This document shows, piece by piece, positions 49,193-58,673 of a stretch of 64,000 bases of DNA. The DNA comes from Parcubacteria group bacterium Gr01-1014_8. Lineage in GTDB: Bacteria; Patescibacteriota; Minisyncoccia; Phycocordibacterales; UBA2100. The stretch lies in the NCBI GenBank assembly GCA_007376385.1, contig VMGC01000003.1, forward strand, positions 32,001-96,000, in the 5' to 3' direction. Under the pieces are notes generated by a model. That model was given only the letters and a program-made list of their open reading frames with translations, was not told the DNA's origin and ran no database searches. Every line of letters begins with the position of its first letter. Position 1 is the stretch's first letter. Both the position numbers and the translations under genes were made by a program.

Positions 49193-50404
49193 CTATCCGC
49201 TTATCTTGAAAATGATCTTTGGGTGCTCGTTCATAGCTTTCTCAAAACTTTCGGGGGTAAATTTATGGAAATCCAGTAGTGTTCCCTTGCCGCTTTTCAA
49301 AATGACGTTCCACATATCATCTTGTATACCGTTCGACTTATCCGAAAGCATTCTCTGTGCTATCTGCCACGTCGCAAATATGCGCCTGCCAATAATGCCA
49401 TGTAGTGTGAGGCCGCGTACCACTACTTTCGGGGAGAAATTCGGGATGGTCATCGCGCCGTCTTTAATGCCGAATGCGATGACGTGACCGCCCCGGCGGG
49501 TCGAGAGAATGCAGTTATTCAATGAAGCCGCGGGGCCCGCCATTTCCATTGAAACATCGACGCCTTTGCCATAGGTTAACTCCATTATCCTGTCGATGAC
49601 TTCTGCATCGTGCTCCCATTCGTGTTCTTTCTTCTTCTTTCTGACGAGAATCGTCTCGTGAGCGCCCAAGCTCTTCGCCATTTTTAAATTCGCGGGATTC
49701 ACGTCCACTGCAATTATCTTCACCGCACCGAAACTACGCAAAAGCAATATCGCGAACATGCCGATGGGGCCGGCACCCATGACCGCAACTCTCTGACCGC
49801 GAAAATCAACAACCGTCGTCGAATGTACGGCATTGCCTATCGGATCAAGGATAGAGGCTATTTCCGGCCGAATGCGGCTTTGATCGATTGCCCATAGATT
49901 CTTGGCGGGGATCTTCACGTACTCCGCGAAAATACCATCGATTGAAATACCAAGGATGGCCTCATTCATACACACATGATCCTCGCCAATACGACACTGA
50001 AAGCAACGACCGCAGGTTACATGCGAGTCTCCCGACACAAGCGCGCCGACCTCGATCTTTACAGGGTTATTCGGGTCTAGGTCGTTGTACAAACGCTCGA
50101 CCATTGAACCCATCTCAACAACCTCGCCGACAAATTCATGGCCCATGATGCGCATCGTCTTTTTTTCCCGTTTCAGTGAGTCGTGCACAAGGTCGCGGAA
50201 GGCAGCGCGATTCCACATCCCTCTATCGGTACCACACACACCCGCGTATTTTATTTTCAAGATCACGGAGAGTGCGTCCTCAGGGTTTTTCCTTTCGTCC
50301 AGAACCGGCATCGGCACTTCCCGCATCACAAAGCCCCTGCTTTTCTGCCATCCGTCCTTGTTCGTATCGAACGTTAGAGCGCGAATAGTGTTCTTTTTAG
50401 CCAT
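49193..50404 (-). CDS. tdh: L-threonine 3-dehydrogenase (Zn-dependent MDR family)
   Basis: Catalytic Zn motif GHEFVGEV. Cys-rich structural Zn loop (CGRCFQC). NAD Rossmann GAGPIG. Start trimmed to MAKKNTIRAL. Confidence 0.85.
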   Translation of the reverse strand: MAKKNTIRALTFDTNKDGWQKSRGFVMREVPMPVLDERKNPEDALSVILKIKYAGVCGTDRGMWNRAAFRDLVHDSLKREKKTMRIMGHEFVGEVVEMGSMVERLYNDLDPNNPVKIEVGALVSGDSHVTCGRCFQCRIGEDHVCMNEAILGISIDGIFAEYVKIPAKNLWAIDQSRIRPEIASILDPIGNAVHSTTVVDFRGQRVAVMGAGPIGMFAILLLRSFGAVKIIAVDVNPANLKMAKSLGAHETILVRKKKKEHEWEHDAEVIDRIMELTYGKGVDVSMEMAGPAASLNNCILSTRRGGHVIAFGIKDGAMTIPNFSPKVVVRGLTLHGIIGRRIFATWQIAQRMLSDKSNGIQDDMWNVILKSGKGTLLDFHKFTPESFEKAMNEHPKIIFKISG

Positions 50405-50475
50405 GGTACTGAACACTGTAGCTCAAACACCGAGGCAATGGAAGCGCTCAACATCTAAAATATTCCTGAGAAAAC

Positions 50476-53127
50476 CTACCGAGGCCGCGTTCCGGACTCC
50501 TTGGCTATGTACGAGGCAAGGCCGCCAGGTCTCGAGTAAGCGTACACGTCTTTTATTCCCATATCGTGGGCGAGCATCAAAACCATCTCTATCAATTGAC
50601 TCGAAACCGGTGCATCCGGCGTTATCACGATATCGTCCGAAGGAGTCGGATATTTGAGAAGCATGTTGTATCCAAGAGAGCTTTCGTCTTCCGGTCTGCT
50701 ATTAGGAATAACATCAACAAGTGACGCGCCCTCCCTCTGTCCGCCTTTTGGTTTCTTGTGGAATCGCATGACCGGATCATGCCCGGCATGAAGGTACTTT
50801 CGAACCTCCTCGGCATTTAGGGTACGCGTTACTTTTGGGATCGGCTTTTGCTGATAATCGGACGAGCAGATAGATATGCAGACGAGAGCATTGCCATGAG
50901 GATCGAGAACGGCAGGCGTCAATAATGCATCATAGGTCGTATGCAAGAGTGCGTTGGCTGAAAGGCTTGTGCGTGCGATCGCTATCTGCCCAAGAAGGTT
51001 ATCCTTTTCATCAGCGGCAAGAATGACAAGATGCTTCTGTATGTTCTTTTCATACTCGCTCTTCTCCGGCGAAAGATTGTCCCAGCACTGTCGGTACAAC
51101 TCATACGAGGGAGCCATCCATCGTGAATATCGGTGAAGAATGGTAAACCGGATTATCGGTTTCTGGACTCCTCGGCTCGGAGATGTGGAAACTGTGTTTT
51201 CCCACCTCCCTCGCTCTACGTCGCCGGTAAAACGACGTGCCGGCATTTTGAGAAGTCCGAATATTGATTCAAAACGCTCGTAGGGCAATGTCTTCTTCAA
51301 AACGCTCCGCTGCACTTTGCCCGTCGACGTCATCGGCAATTCGTCAGCGGAAAAAGAGGTGAGATACTTCGGCGTCTCATATGCGCTTAAGTACGCCGTG
51401 CCGAATAGAAGCGACAACTTGAGCCGACGTTTGGCCTTCTTCTCATCTGTACCCGCTTTCCAGCAAATGACCGCGCCCGCCTCTTCTCCGTAGCGCTCAT
51501 CGGGAACAGCAACAACGTACACCTGGTCGATCTCAGGAGATATCTTTTTCAAGGCATTCTCAAGAGCAACGGGCGAGATGTTAACCCCGCCCTTGATGAT
51601 GATCTCCCGCTTGCGGCCCTTCAGATAGAAGAATTTCTGCTCGCCAACGACCTTAAAATATCCGATGTCGCCCGAGAGAAAATATCCGCCTGCCTGCCGC
51701 GTCCGACCAGCGCTATATTCACGTCTTAACCATTTTCGACCAAACCCTGTTTTTAAGTTTTTCTCCCGCTGTACCGCTTCTTTCAACGATGGAAATTCTT
51801 CGTGGTGAATAATTCCTATCGGTTTATGCTTTTTGGTGTGCTCGGCGGCTATACCGTTATAATGTTGTCGCCATCGTTCATGTATATCTTGAGTTTGACC
51901 GATATAAAATGAACCATCATCACACTTGATGACATAAACATAGAACATTTCTGGTCGCGGCGCAGGCAGGTCACGGATGGCCGGCTCATTCGTAACATAC
52001 CCCTCCATAACGGCAGGCCCGCGTATCACCAGTTCACCTTCTTCTCCTTCACCGAGAAAGTTTCCTTTCTCATCCGATATCTGCACGTCGGCCCATGACA
52101 TTGCCGAGCCAATAGAATTTTCCTCTATCAGTTTCTCGTATAGACCAGGGGGCAGTCCCATAGGTACCCCGGTAACGCGAAGCGCTGTTTCAGTCTGCCC
52201 ATATCCTTGGTAGAGCGGAATATCGAATTTCGTCATGAACTCTTGCATCGTATGCACGACCACAGGAGCCGAGCCTATTTGGATGCGATTGAGCCGCAAT
52301 CCTTTTTTAACGAGCGCGTAACTCTCGGAGCGTCCTACTTGATCGAACAGGATGGATTGCACTATTGATGTGCAGGTTGCCTGACTTTTCGCAGCCTGCT
52401 GCCAGAAATGTGAGTTTGAGTAATTCGGCGTGATCGCAATGCTGCCGCCTGCGAGAAGCGCCGACAGGCAAAATGTGGTGGAATTTATGTGGTGCAACGG
52501 GAGGTTTACCAGAAACCTGTCTTCTTCTGTCATGTGAAGCCATTCCTTGATGCCTTCTGCGTTCACAACAAGGTTATTGAGAGTCAGTTTTGCTCCTTTT
52601 GGATACCCTGTAGTCCCTGATGTAAATAAAATAAGGGCACAATGTGAAAGACCGGATTCCCAGGCTACCGGTCTATCTGTAATATCGGCAAATCCCGCAA
52701 ATTCCTGGACTTTGACTTCTTTCAAAAAAATACTCTCAATATTTTTAAGCGCCTCCTTTTCTGCTATCAATAATGTTGCGTTGTTTATTTTTAATTTGTA
52801 TTGATACAACTCGCCGGTATCTCGCTTAGTATCGAGTGGAACAGTTACGACTCCGATACTCCACGCAGCCCAGCTTATTATGAGGAGTTCGGGCGAATTC
52901 TTAAATGCGAGAGCTACTCTATCGCCTCGTTTGATATCAAGCGCGTATAAATAGAGCGCAGCCTGTTTGATTTTCTGCAGCAATTCTTTGTACGTGATCT
53001 CCCCCGAGATCGTTCCTTCGTGATCACACGAGAGGAGCGCGACTTTTCCCGGATTCTTTTGCGAGAGAGCAGAAATGTGCGAGTAGAGGCTTTGTATGGA
53101 AGCATGCTGCATAACAATCATCCTCAA
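50476..53127 (-). CDS. Multidomain protein: AMP-binding (acyl-CoA synthetase-like) enzyme with an inserted YhbQ-type GIY-YIG domain and an uncharacterised C-terminal domain
   Basis: 883 aa in one frame. Adenylate-forming motifs LFTSGTTGYPKGAKL (A3), YGQTE (A5), ...SGDIGYF (A8) and PMTSTGKVQR (A10). Residues about 386-478 (FYVYVIKCDDGSFYIGQTQDIHERWRQH...EFPSLKEAVQREKNLK) match the GIY-YIG/YhbQ fold and sit exactly at the N/C-domain hinge. Residues about 620-883 have no known motif. Confidence 0.7.
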   Translation of the reverse strand: MRMIVMQHASIQSLYSHISALSQKNPGKVALLSCDHEGTISGEITYKELLQKIKQAALYLYALDIKRGDRVALAFKNSPELLIISWAAWSIGVVTVPLDTKRDTGELYQYKLKINNATLLIAEKEALKNIESIFLKEVKVQEFAGFADITDRPVAWESGLSHCALILFTSGTTGYPKGAKLTLNNLVVNAEGIKEWLHMTEEDRFLVNLPLHHINSTTFCLSALLAGGSIAITPNYSNSHFWQQAAKSQATCTSIVQSILFDQVGRSESYALVKKGLRLNRIQIGSAPVVVHTMQEFMTKFDIPLYQGYGQTETALRVTGVPMGLPPGLYEKLIEENSIGSAMSWADVQISDEKGNFLGEGEEGELVIRGPAVMEGYVTNEPAIRDLPAPRPEMFYVYVIKCDDGSFYIGQTQDIHERWRQHYNGIAAEHTKKHKPIGIIHHEEFPSLKEAVQREKNLKTGFGRKWLRREYSAGRTRQAGGYFLSGDIGYFKVVGEQKFFYLKGRKREIIIKGGVNISPVALENALKKISPEIDQVYVVAVPDERYGEEAGAVICWKAGTDEKKAKRRLKLSLLFGTAYLSAYETPKYLTSFSADELPMTSTGKVQRSVLKKTLPYERFESIFGLLKMPARRFTGDVERGRWENTVSTSPSRGVQKPIIRFTILHRYSRWMAPSYELYRQCWDNLSPEKSEYEKNIQKHLVILAADEKDNLLGQIAIARTSLSANALLHTTYDALLTPAVLDPHGNALVCISICSSDYQQKPIPKVTRTLNAEEVRKYLHAGHDPVMRFHKKPKGGQREGASLVDVIPNSRPEDESSLGYNMLLKYPTPSDDIVITPDAPVSSQLIEMVLMLAHDMGIKDVYAYSRPGGLASYIAKESGTRPR

Positions 53128-53130
53128 GCA

Positions 53131-53817
53131 CTATTTCCTCCGCTGGAACGAGACTTCCTGTGGCCCAACAGCGTATGGACCAACCTGATACTCTTGGAAA
53201 ATAAATATCACAGAATCTGCGTTCACGATAAAGGTCGCATAATTTTCCCTTTTTTCCTCAGTGCCCTCCGGAAAAAACGACCCTTCAAGCATTTTACTCA
53301 ACTCGCTTCGTGCCTTTTTCGCTACATCATTCAGCGAGAGATCAATGAGCTTCAGCGCGTCGTCCAGTGTGAGCTCCCGACCGCTTTCGCGTTCAAAATT
53401 TAATCCTCTGATATCCGTGAGCGGATGCATGCCGCCCATATATGTGGAGATTGCAAGCCGAGCACTTACGATGTCAGGGCCAATGTACGTTGAATCGTAG
53501 ACAGACGAAAGATCATACGGAACATCTGTATCAGTATTATCCAAACCGTATGGCCTGAATCCCAGTATGACCTCATCTATTTTTGCCGTAATGGCAGTAT
53601 CGATGGCTGCGAGCCCAAAATTCGGATATTTCATGGTTATCGTAAATCCTTTTGCATCTTCCTTGACGAGTTTTGCTATCAGATGGGCTGTTTCCCGATT
53701 GCTATCATTCTCTTCTGCGGGCGTATCTATAGAAGTTCTCTGGTACCGTGAGATCCCATAGCCGCCGAGAGCGGCTACAAGTAGTACAACCACTATGAGA
53801 ATTGCGCGTGAGTTCAT
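53131..53817 (-). CDS. DUF3298/DUF4163-like (RsiV/PdaC-type) membrane-anchored protein
   Basis: One N-terminal TM helix. C-terminal motif ...FIVNADSVIFIFQEYQVGPYAVGPQEVSF typical of DUF3298. Start trimmed to MNSRAIL to avoid overlapping thrC. Confidence 0.5.
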   Translation of the reverse strand: MNSRAILIVVVLLVAALGGYGISRYQRTSIDTPAEENDSNRETAHLIAKLVKEDAKGFTITMKYPNFGLAAIDTAITAKIDEVILGFRPYGLDNTDTDVPYDLSSVYDSTYIGPDIVSARLAISTYMGGMHPLTDIRGLNFERESGRELTLDDALKLIDLSLNDVAKKARSELSKMLEGSFFPEGTEEKRENYATFIVNADSVIFIFQEYQVGPYAVGPQEVSFQRRK

Positions 53818-53830
53818 ACGGTAAATAGTA

Positions 53831-55237
53831 CTACACGTGCGCCTGTATATATTTCTTAATTTCCTCCGCATCCGGTTCAAGAACGTCGAAACGCTCCATC
53901 AAGCCCTCCAGCTTTGCAAAGGAAGCAGGCCTATCTGGCTCTATACCTATTGCTTCTCGTATAGTCTCCGAGAATTTAGCAGGCTTGGCGGTTTCAAGAC
54001 AAATAAGAGGAATTCCTTTCTCCCACATTTGCATGCCAACCTGTACTCCATCCGCAGTATGCGGATCAATAATGACATTGTATGCCTTATGTATAGCTCT
54101 GATCGTCTGCAATCTATTTTGATGAGTGCTTGAGCCAGCGACAATACCTGTCTCCTGTATCTGTTCGAAATCGCGCGTACCGCTTATGTCGAAAGCACCA
54201 TTCTGCTCCAAATTTTCCCATAGTTCCTGCATGCGGACCGCATCGCGATGCACTAGATCGAATATGTATCGCTCGAAATTAGATGCCTTCGAGATATCCA
54301 TGGATGGACTCGAGGTGACAGAAACTTCCTTGCTCTTGCGAGGTCTATAGACACCTGTCTGAAAGAATTCTTGGAGTACGTTATTCTCATTCGTCGCCAG
54401 AATAAGTCGTTTGATAGGAACACCCATTTGACGCGCGACGAATCCTGCAAGAATGTCGCCGAAATTGCCCGTTGGTACTGCGTAGCTTACAAATTCGCTG
54501 TTTGTTGACGTAGCTTTAAAATATCCATACGCATAATAGACAACTTGGGCGGCAATACGCGCCCAATTTATTGAATTAACGGCACCGAGCGAGAATCTGC
54601 TTTTAAAGACGCCATCTTCGTTCACTTTCTTAACGACATCTTGGCAGTCATCGAACACGCCTTTTATCGCGATGTTGAAAATGTTTGTATCCTGCAGAGT
54701 ATACATTTGTTTCCTTTGGAATTCGCTCATGCGACCCAGAGGAGAAAGCATGAATACACGAATGCCCTTTAGTCCACGCAGGGCATATTCTGCTGCGGAA
54801 CCGGTATCTCCTGAGGTTGCCCCAAGAATATTGAGGGTGCCCCCGCTTTGAGAGAGTGCATACTCAAATAACCGCCCGAGAAGCTGAAGCGCAAGGTCTT
54901 TGAAAGCAAGCGTCGGACCTTCTGATAGCCCGAGAAGGTAGAGCCCGTCGTCGAGTCTTTTAAGAGGAGTGATGTGCTCGCTTCCAAATAATTCCGCAGT
55001 GTATGTTGCAACAATCAATTGTCTCAATTCCTCCGACGGAATGTCATCGATGAACTTCTCAAGAATGAAATGAGCAAGTTGCGCATAACTCATCGAACGC
55101 ATCGCATCCAGGTTTGCATCGGTGAACTTCGGGTATCCGACTGGCACATATAGCCCACCGTCAGGCGCAAGACCTTCAAGAAGGATGTTCATGAACGACC
55201 GAGGTTCCGAGAGGCCGCGAGTCGAGATATAGTGCAT
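53831..55237 (-). CDS. thrC: Threonine synthase
   Basis: 468 aa. PLP-Lys motif (PTLAFKDLA). Long-form ThrC N-terminus. Confidence 0.9.
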   Translation of the reverse strand: MHYISTRGLSEPRSFMNILLEGLAPDGGLYVPVGYPKFTDANLDAMRSMSYAQLAHFILEKFIDDIPSEELRQLIVATYTAELFGSEHITPLKRLDDGLYLLGLSEGPTLAFKDLALQLLGRLFEYALSQSGGTLNILGATSGDTGSAAEYALRGLKGIRVFMLSPLGRMSEFQRKQMYTLQDTNIFNIAIKGVFDDCQDVVKKVNEDGVFKSRFSLGAVNSINWARIAAQVVYYAYGYFKATSTNSEFVSYAVPTGNFGDILAGFVARQMGVPIKRLILATNENNVLQEFFQTGVYRPRKSKEVSVTSSPSMDISKASNFERYIFDLVHRDAVRMQELWENLEQNGAFDISGTRDFEQIQETGIVAGSSTHQNRLQTIRAIHKAYNVIIDPHTADGVQVGMQMWEKGIPLICLETAKPAKFSETIREAIGIEPDRPASFAKLEGLMERFDVLEPDAEEIKKYIQAHV

Positions 55238-55240
55238 ACG

Positions 55241-55666
55241 CTACAGTTCGATGCTATATACGTTCGTCTCTTTCCTTTGGAAACCTAATTTTTGATAGAG
55301 CTTATTTGCCGCGATGCGGGCCGGCCTTGTCGTGAGATACACTTTTTTTATATGTTTCTTTCGCGCAACATCCAAAAGAAATTGCATGAGCTTTTCGCCT
55401 AAACCTTGTCCCCTATATGCATCGTCGACGACAACATCTTCCACATGTCCGGATCGTTTGCTTATTTTCTGTATCGTGTACAGAGTCCCGATGCCAACGA
55501 TGCGCTCTCCATCCTTCGCAACGATGAGTGCGGTGTTGTCATTGTTCACAACGGCTTCCAGCTCTGAAAGCACCCCGTTGCCTCCCTCATCCCTCAGCTG
55601 CTTCAGCAATTTGTTTATATCAGAAAGCGCTTCACCCGTTGCACTCCTCAACTGTTCAATGATCAT
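55241..55666 (-). CDS. GNAT family N-acetyltransferase
   Basis: 141 aa. Acetyl-CoA binding motif RGQGLGEKLM. Confidence 0.8.
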   Translation of the reverse strand: MIIEQLRSATGEALSDINKLLKQLRDEGGNGVLSELEAVVNNDNTALIVAKDGERIVGIGTLYTIQKISKRSGHVEDVVVDDAYRGQGLGEKLMQFLLDVARKKHIKKVYLTTRPARIAANKLYQKLGFQRKETNVYSIEL

Positions 55667-55725
55667 AGAGATGGACGCATCATACGCGCATCTTCTGTTT
55701 CGCTCAACACGCTACAATATCTAGC

Positions 55726-56544
55726 ATGCATGCGTTCTATATTGCGCTTCTCGCTCTCGTCATTCTCGCCCTGACCGTGGCGACAACATGGTACCCGCCC
55801 TCATCGTCGAATAGCCAGCTCGCATCGCCATCTCTAGAAACTGTCGCGCCGGAGACAGAAATGTCGGAAGCGACGGAAGGAGAGAAAAAAGAGACATATC
55901 GGGTGGTAAAGGTTGTCGACGGCGATACGCTCGCTCTCGAAATGGGCGGAAACAGCGTCACGGTGAGACTTATTGGTCTTGATACGCCTGAAACACTCGA
56001 CCCCCGTAAACCCGTGCAATGCTTTGGAAAAGAGGCGACGGAACATGCGAAAAAATTACTAGAAGGAAGGCGTGTGTCTATCGAAAAGGACCCGACACAA
56101 GGAGAATTGGACAAATACGGCCGCCTGCTGGTCTATGTGTATTTACCCGACCTGCCTGCCGAAGCCTCGGCGCAGGCAGGTGGCTTGATGTTCAACGAAC
56201 AAATGATATCGGAAGGTTACGGGCATGAGTACACATATAATATTCCTTACAAATATCAAACGGAATTTAAAGCCGCGGAAAATAAAGCGCGAGAGAGGAA
56301 ACGAGGTCTCTGGGCTGATAATGCGTGCGCCGAGGAATCAATGCGTGCACCAACCACTGCTGAAAAACCTATCGTGGTTGTGCCGTCGGGAAATTATGAC
56401 TGCACTCGCAATACATATAATTGCTCAAGTTTTAGAACGCAGACCGATGCGCAAGCCGCCTTTGGATCGTGCGGCGGGTCGGAGAACGATATACACAAAC
56501 TTGATAGTGATAAAGACGGGACTGTGTGCGAGAGCCTTCCGTAA
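55726..56544 (+). CDS. Secreted thermonuclease (SNase-like) with a C-terminal Excalibur Ca-binding domain
   Basis: 272 aa. N-terminal TM/signal. SNase core (VVDGDTL...RLIGLDTPE...YGRLL). C-terminal DxDxDGxxCE motif (DSDKDGTVCE). Confidence 0.75.
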   Translation: MHAFYIALLALVILALTVATTWYPPSSSNSQLASPSLETVAPETEMSEATEGEKKETYRVVKVVDGDTLALEMGGNSVTVRLIGLDTPETLDPRKPVQCFGKEATEHAKKLLEGRRVSIEKDPTQGELDKYGRLLVYVYLPDLPAEASAQAGGLMFNEQMISEGYGHEYTYNIPYKYQTEFKAAENKARERKRGLWADNACAEESMRAPTTAEKPIVVVPSGNYDCTRNTYNCSSFRTQTDAQAAFGSCGGSENDIHKLDSDKDGTVCESLP

Positions 56545-56603
56545 CTTCCACAAAGTGCGAAACCTTGGCACGATACCGACATTTGACTGCTATACTTTTG
56601 ACA

Positions 56604-57821
56604 ATGTACAAGGCGTTCAGCCGTGTCCTTGGGATCTTGATCGTTGTCATTCTCACGTCGGGAACATGGGCGTTTGCCACTCTGCCAAAGACAGTGGAGT
56701 TCGGCGGAGTAAAAATAAGCGAGGATACTGCAAAACATTTGAAAGGGGGGTGCGAGTACGACCCGTATGCAAAATTATATGAGCTGAAAGCCGTCTCGAG
56801 TGGGGCGAAAGTCACGCCCACGCTCATCGATGGAGCGTTGAAAGACGGCCTCGATCCAGCGCTCGTCTGCCGGCTCACAAAACTAATTGAATGGGCACAG
56901 GGTCGTGGCTGTGTCCCTATGATAATCTCCGGTTTTCGTACATACGCTCAACAGGCTTCGATAGTGGCAAGAGGCAGATCAAAGGCGGGGCCAGGAGGTT
57001 CCTGCCATAATTTCGGACTGGCAGTAGACATGTCGAACCGTTGCCAAGGGGCGATGCAGGAGGCGGCACCGCAATTTGGACTGAAAAGCGGATTCCCCGG
57101 ATATCCAAATCCGATCCACTTTCAATGCATCGAGCACAGCGCAGGTGCCGGACGATCTTCAGGGTGCAGAGGGTCGTGCAACGGAGGTATGGAAATCGCG
57201 CCAGACCCTACGATACTTTCCAATATCCCAAATAGCTCAGCTCCATTGGGCCTCGGAGATGCGTTTAGACAGAACACGGGATTGGGTCAGCAGGATCCGC
57301 CGTCACCTGCTATTCCCCCGCAGTATGCAACCGCACAACCTCAGCAATTTTTTCAGCCAACCCAGACGGGACAGCCCGGTCAGACCGGACAGCCGACGAC
57401 CATAGGAACACCGACGGGAGGAAGTACTATACCGACCACTGGAGAGCCTCCGCCGTCAGTAGGAGATAAATTGTTGAATCTAGCCTACGGAACTTCAACG
57501 ATAGGCGGCCCAGTCAACATTGCAACGACAGTTCCTATTATCGTTACAAGCAAAGATGCAACAGGTCTGCCCGCAAAATCCACGAGCACACGATCAAAAG
57601 GATTCTACGGCACAACAACATCGCCGCTACACTTTGAGGAGACGTTCGGGACGAGTGAATATGAAGACAACGGAACGTCCTCCGAGGTCGCAAGCAGAAA
57701 TTGGATGGTACGGATACTCGCAGAATTGCGGGCCACACTTCTTATGATACTTGAGATACTCCGACCCTTTGGCATTCGTACGATCATTGACGCCGAGACA
57801 TACGAGATCCACGATGAATGA
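56604..57821 (+). CDS. Secreted peptidase M15 (VanY/D-Ala-D-Ala carboxypeptidase-like) domain protein with a Pro/Gln/Thr-rich linker
   Basis: Signal/TM MYKAFSRVLGILIVVIL. M15 motifs SGFRTYAQQ...SCHNFGLAVD. Low-complexity P/Q/T linker. C-terminal domain unknown. Confidence 0.6.
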   Translation: MYKAFSRVLGILIVVILTSGTWAFATLPKTVEFGGVKISEDTAKHLKGGCEYDPYAKLYELKAVSSGAKVTPTLIDGALKDGLDPALVCRLTKLIEWAQGRGCVPMIISGFRTYAQQASIVARGRSKAGPGGSCHNFGLAVDMSNRCQGAMQEAAPQFGLKSGFPGYPNPIHFQCIEHSAGAGRSSGCRGSCNGGMEIAPDPTILSNIPNSSAPLGLGDAFRQNTGLGQQDPPSPAIPPQYATAQPQQFFQPTQTGQPGQTGQPTTIGTPTGGSTIPTTGEPPPSVGDKLLNLAYGTSTIGGPVNIATTVPIIVTSKDATGLPAKSTSTRSKGFYGTTTSPLHFEETFGTSEYEDNGTSSEVASRNWMVRILAELRATLLMILEILRPFGIRTIIDAETYEIHDE

Positions 57822-57872
57822 TGATTAGCAGGCTGATTCAGCGCATGCTATACTCGCGAAACTAAATAGGAT

Positions 57873-58496
57873 TTGTCCAAAATGGGATTCACTAAATACA
57901 CCTCTCAAAAGGAACAAGTGCGCGTGCGCATGAATGAAAGCATACGCGCGCCACAGGTACGAACTCTTGGCCCAAATGGCGAAAACTATGGTGTTCTCTC
58001 TCTCAAGGAAGCGCTCGGTAAGGCACAGGAAGCGGGACTCGACCTTATAGAGATCTCTCCAAATGCGACCCCGCCCGTCGCTAAAATTACTGACTACGGG
58101 AAATTCAAGTACGAGCAGAAGAAGAAGGATAAAGAGGTAAAGTCCAAGGCTCGCGTCACCGAAACCAAAGAAGCACAGGTAAAAATAGGCACTAGCTCGA
58201 ATGATATGAACATCAAGGCCTCTAAGATAGCGGGGTGGCTCAAGGAGGGTCACCGGGTCAAAATAGACCTCTTTTTATGGGGTCGGTACAAGTATATGGA
58301 GTTCAACTTCCTTAAGGAGAGGCTTGAGCGTTTCCTTGCAATCATCCCAGAATCGTATAAAATCGCCGACGAGATCAAGAAGAGCCCGAAAGGCCTCTCG
58401 GTCGCCATAGAGGGGACGACCTCGAAGAAGCCTGCATCCAAGCCAAAAATGGCCACTCCGGCTTCCGAATCTCAAACTCCCGAAGGATCCATATGA
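57873..58496 (+). CDS. infC: Translation initiation factor IF-3 (with a K/S/P-rich C-terminal extension)
   Basis: IF3 N-terminal domain (INESIRAPQVRTLGPNGE...PPVAKITDYGK) and C-terminal domain, plus about 35 extra residues. TGA stop. Confidence 0.85.
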   Translation: MSKMGFTKYTSQKEQVRVRMNESIRAPQVRTLGPNGENYGVLSLKEALGKAQEAGLDLIEISPNATPPVAKITDYGKFKYEQKKKDKEVKSKARVTETKEAQVKIGTSSNDMNIKASKIAGWLKEGHRVKIDLFLWGRYKYMEFNFLKERLERFLAIIPESYKIADEIKKSPKGLSVAIEGTTSKKPASKPKMATPASESQTPEGSI

Positions 58497-58672
58497 AATC
58501 AAACAAATCATATTCAAAGCGTCTTCGCGTCACGAAGAAGGGCAAGGTTGTCGCGCGTACGCCAGGGCATAACCATTTCAATGCAAAAAGAAGCGGTGGC
58601 GAGAGACAGCGCCGCAAGCGTGCAGACTCTTTGAACATGACCTCGCAGGACAGAAGCCGCTTTCTAAATTAG
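58493..58672 (+). CDS. rpmI: 50S ribosomal protein L35
   Basis: 59-aa basic peptide (MKSNKSYSKRLRVTKKGKVVARTPGHNHF...). ATGA overlap with the infC stop. Followed by rplT. Not in the ORF track because it is shorter than 60 aa. Confidence 0.65.
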   Translation: MKSNKSYSKRLRVTKKGKVVARTPGHNHFNAKRSGGERQRRKRADSLNMTSQDRSRFLN

Positions 58673-58673
58673 T

